Shown here one piece after another: positions 62,008-64,000 of a stretch of 64,000 nt of DNA (position 1 is its first letter; each line of letters starts with the position of its first letter). This stretch comes from Chrysemys picta bellii (Eukaryota). The position numbers and the translations under genes were made by a program. The notes beneath the pieces are model-generated. The model did not search any database. It was not told the origin of the DNA and saw nothing but the letters and a program-made list of their open reading frames with translations. The stretch covers positions 64,852,001 through 64,916,000 of the forward strand of contig NC_088796.1 in assembly GCF_011386835.1 (NCBI RefSeq), written 5' to 3'.

Positions 62008-62481
62008 CCCATGACCCCAAGGGTGATACCAGAGTGGCCCCTTTGGTCGATCTGCTTCCTCCTGGCTAATGTGACAAATTGATCTATTGTACGATTGAGG
62101 CGCGCTGTTTCACGTATTTGTGTGTGAGTCCGTGAAAAGGGAGGTAAGCTTTGGGGGTACGGAGCATGCCCCTGAGCCCAAGGTGAGACCAGAGTGGCCC
62201 CTTTCATCGATCTGCTTCCTCCTGGCTAGCATGCCCCTGAGCCCAAGGTCATACCAGAGTGGCCCCTTCCATTTTTTCCACTGGCTTCCGCCTTCCTTAT
62301 TTCCAATGACTTGTCTGCTCATGCACCTGTCACTGGTCCATGGGGTTGCGAATTAGGAGGGATGGGGTTTGTGGTCAAAAACACTCACGGTCTGCTTCCT
62401 CCTGGCTAATGTGCCAAATTGATCTCTATTGGTCAATTGAGGCGCACTGTTTCACGTTTTTGTGTGTGAATACGTGAAAAG
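62008..62481. repeat. Unclassified duplicated modules
   Basis: ccagagtggcccctt three times; tctgcttcctcctggcta three times; a roughly 90-bp module twice. Confidence 0.8.
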
Positions 62482-62800
62482 ACCCCCACAAACCCCCATG
62501 CCCAGTGCCCTCCCACAGACCACTCTGAACCCCCCCAGATCCTCTCACTGCCCAGTGCCCCCTAGCTGTAGACCCCCCACAGACCTCCGACAACTGCACA
62601 GTGCCCTGCCCCTCCCTGCCCAGAGCCCCCCGCAGATTCCCTCACTGCCCAGTGCCCCCCACCGCCCCACTGCCACAACTGCACAGTGCCCCACCCAGAC
62701 CCCTGCACACTTCCCAGTGCCCCAACACACACAGATCTTCCCACCCCTCACTGCACAGCACCCCCCCAGACCCACCTACTCTCCCACACCCTAACCCCCA
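62482..62800. repeat. C-rich degenerate minisatellite
   Basis: Repeated cactgcccagtgccccc and caactgcacagtgccc units. Confidence 0.65.
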
Positions 62801-62922
62801 GCCACAATACCCGGCCCTGATGGGAGGTGACTGTGTCTGCCAGGCTGAGCCGGCAGCGCAGCCACAGCTTGTCCTGGGGCAGGATAACTCCGGCCCTTGG
62901 GGGTGCAATCAGCCAGGCTGGC

Positions 62923-64000
62923 AGTCACGACTGGAACACAGGTATGGAGGGGTATGCGCTGTTTAGGAAAGACCGGGACAAAGGTAAAGGTGGGGGGGGG
63001 CATTGTATGTCAATAGTGAAATAAGCTGTCAAGAAATAATAGTCGATGGAATAGATAACACAGAGTCCGTCTGGGCAATACTCACACTGGGTAAAAGGAC
63101 TACTAGAGCCTTTCCGGGGATAGTGCTTGGGGTGTGCTATAGACCGCCGGGATCGACCCAGGATATGGATAAGGAACTATTTAATGTGTTTAGAGAAGTA
63201 AATACTAATAGAAACTGTATAATTATGGGGGACTTTAACTTCCCGGATATAGATTGGGGAACAAACGCTAGTAGCAATAATAGGGCTCAGATGTTCCTAG
63301 ATGTGCTTGCTGATCAATTCCTTCATCAAGTGGTAGCTGAACCGACGAGGGGGGGGGCATTTTAGATTTGATTCTGGTAAGTAGTGAGGACCTCGTTGAG
63401 GAAGTGGTAGTAGGGGACAATTTGGGCTCCAGTGATCATGAGCTAATTCGGTTTAAACTAAATGGAAGGAGTAACAGAATTAAGTCAAAGACTAGGGTTT
63501 ATAATTTTAAAAAGGCCAATTTTAACAAATTAAGGGGACTGGTAAGGGAAGTGGATTGGGCAAACATATTAATGGATCTAAAGGCAGAAGAAGCCTGGGA
63601 TTACTTCAAGTTAAAGATGCATGAGCTGTCAGAGGCCTGTATCCCAAAAAAGGGAAAAAGATTACTAAGCAAGAGATTTAGACTGAGCTGGATGAGCGAC
63701 CGACTCAAAGGGGCGATTAGGAAAAAACAGAAAGCGTACAAAGACTGGAAGAGGGGAGTGATCAGCAAGGAAACTTACCTTAGTGAAGTCAGAGAATGTA
63801 GACATAGAGTGAGAAAGGCCAAAGGCCGTGTAGAGTTGGACCTAGCGAGGGGAATTAAAAGCAATAGTAAGAGGTTTTACAGCCATATAAATAGGAAGAA
63901 AGCAAAGAAAGAAGAAGTGGAACCACTGAAGACTATTGCCGGGGAGGATATTAAAGATAATCTAGGCATGGCGCAATATCTCAATGAATATTTTGCATTG
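62923..64000 (+). mobile_element. Relatively young CR1 LINE ORF2 (endonuclease onward), running off the window
   Basis: SHDWN...LFRKDR; GVCYRPP; IIMGDFNFPDIDW; ILDLIL; GSSDH motifs; two 1-bp frameshifts beside G9 runs, then open to 64000. Confidence 0.92.

Overview
Repeat-dense vertebrate genomic DNA, most likely from a turtle. That call rests on recognising the repeat families by eye, including a tRNA-headed SINE with a CR1-like tail; no database search was run. I could not confidently recognise any host protein-coding exon, so the window looks intronic or intergenic. It is a layered record of mobile elements: hAT and PIF/Harbinger non-autonomous elements (several with intact target-site duplications, TSDs), a decayed chromodomain-bearing Gypsy provirus, several solo LTRs, an old RTE-clade LINE, CR1 fragments, MIR-like SINEs, a fossil hAT transposase and many Penelope-like (PLE) insertions. 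The most notable signals are: (1) minimal, probably dimer-cleaving hammerhead ribozyme motifs in PLE terminal repeats of two families; (2) a 207-bp solo LTR carrying a tRNA-like Pol III promoter with a 4-bp TSD (Helenus/TRIMp3-like); (3) two CpG-rich promoter-like islands with minus-strand splice donors, one containing a tandem pair of perfect 16-bp palindromes; (4) a long imperfect hairpin in unique AT-rich DNA. Most coordinates without a TSD are approximate.
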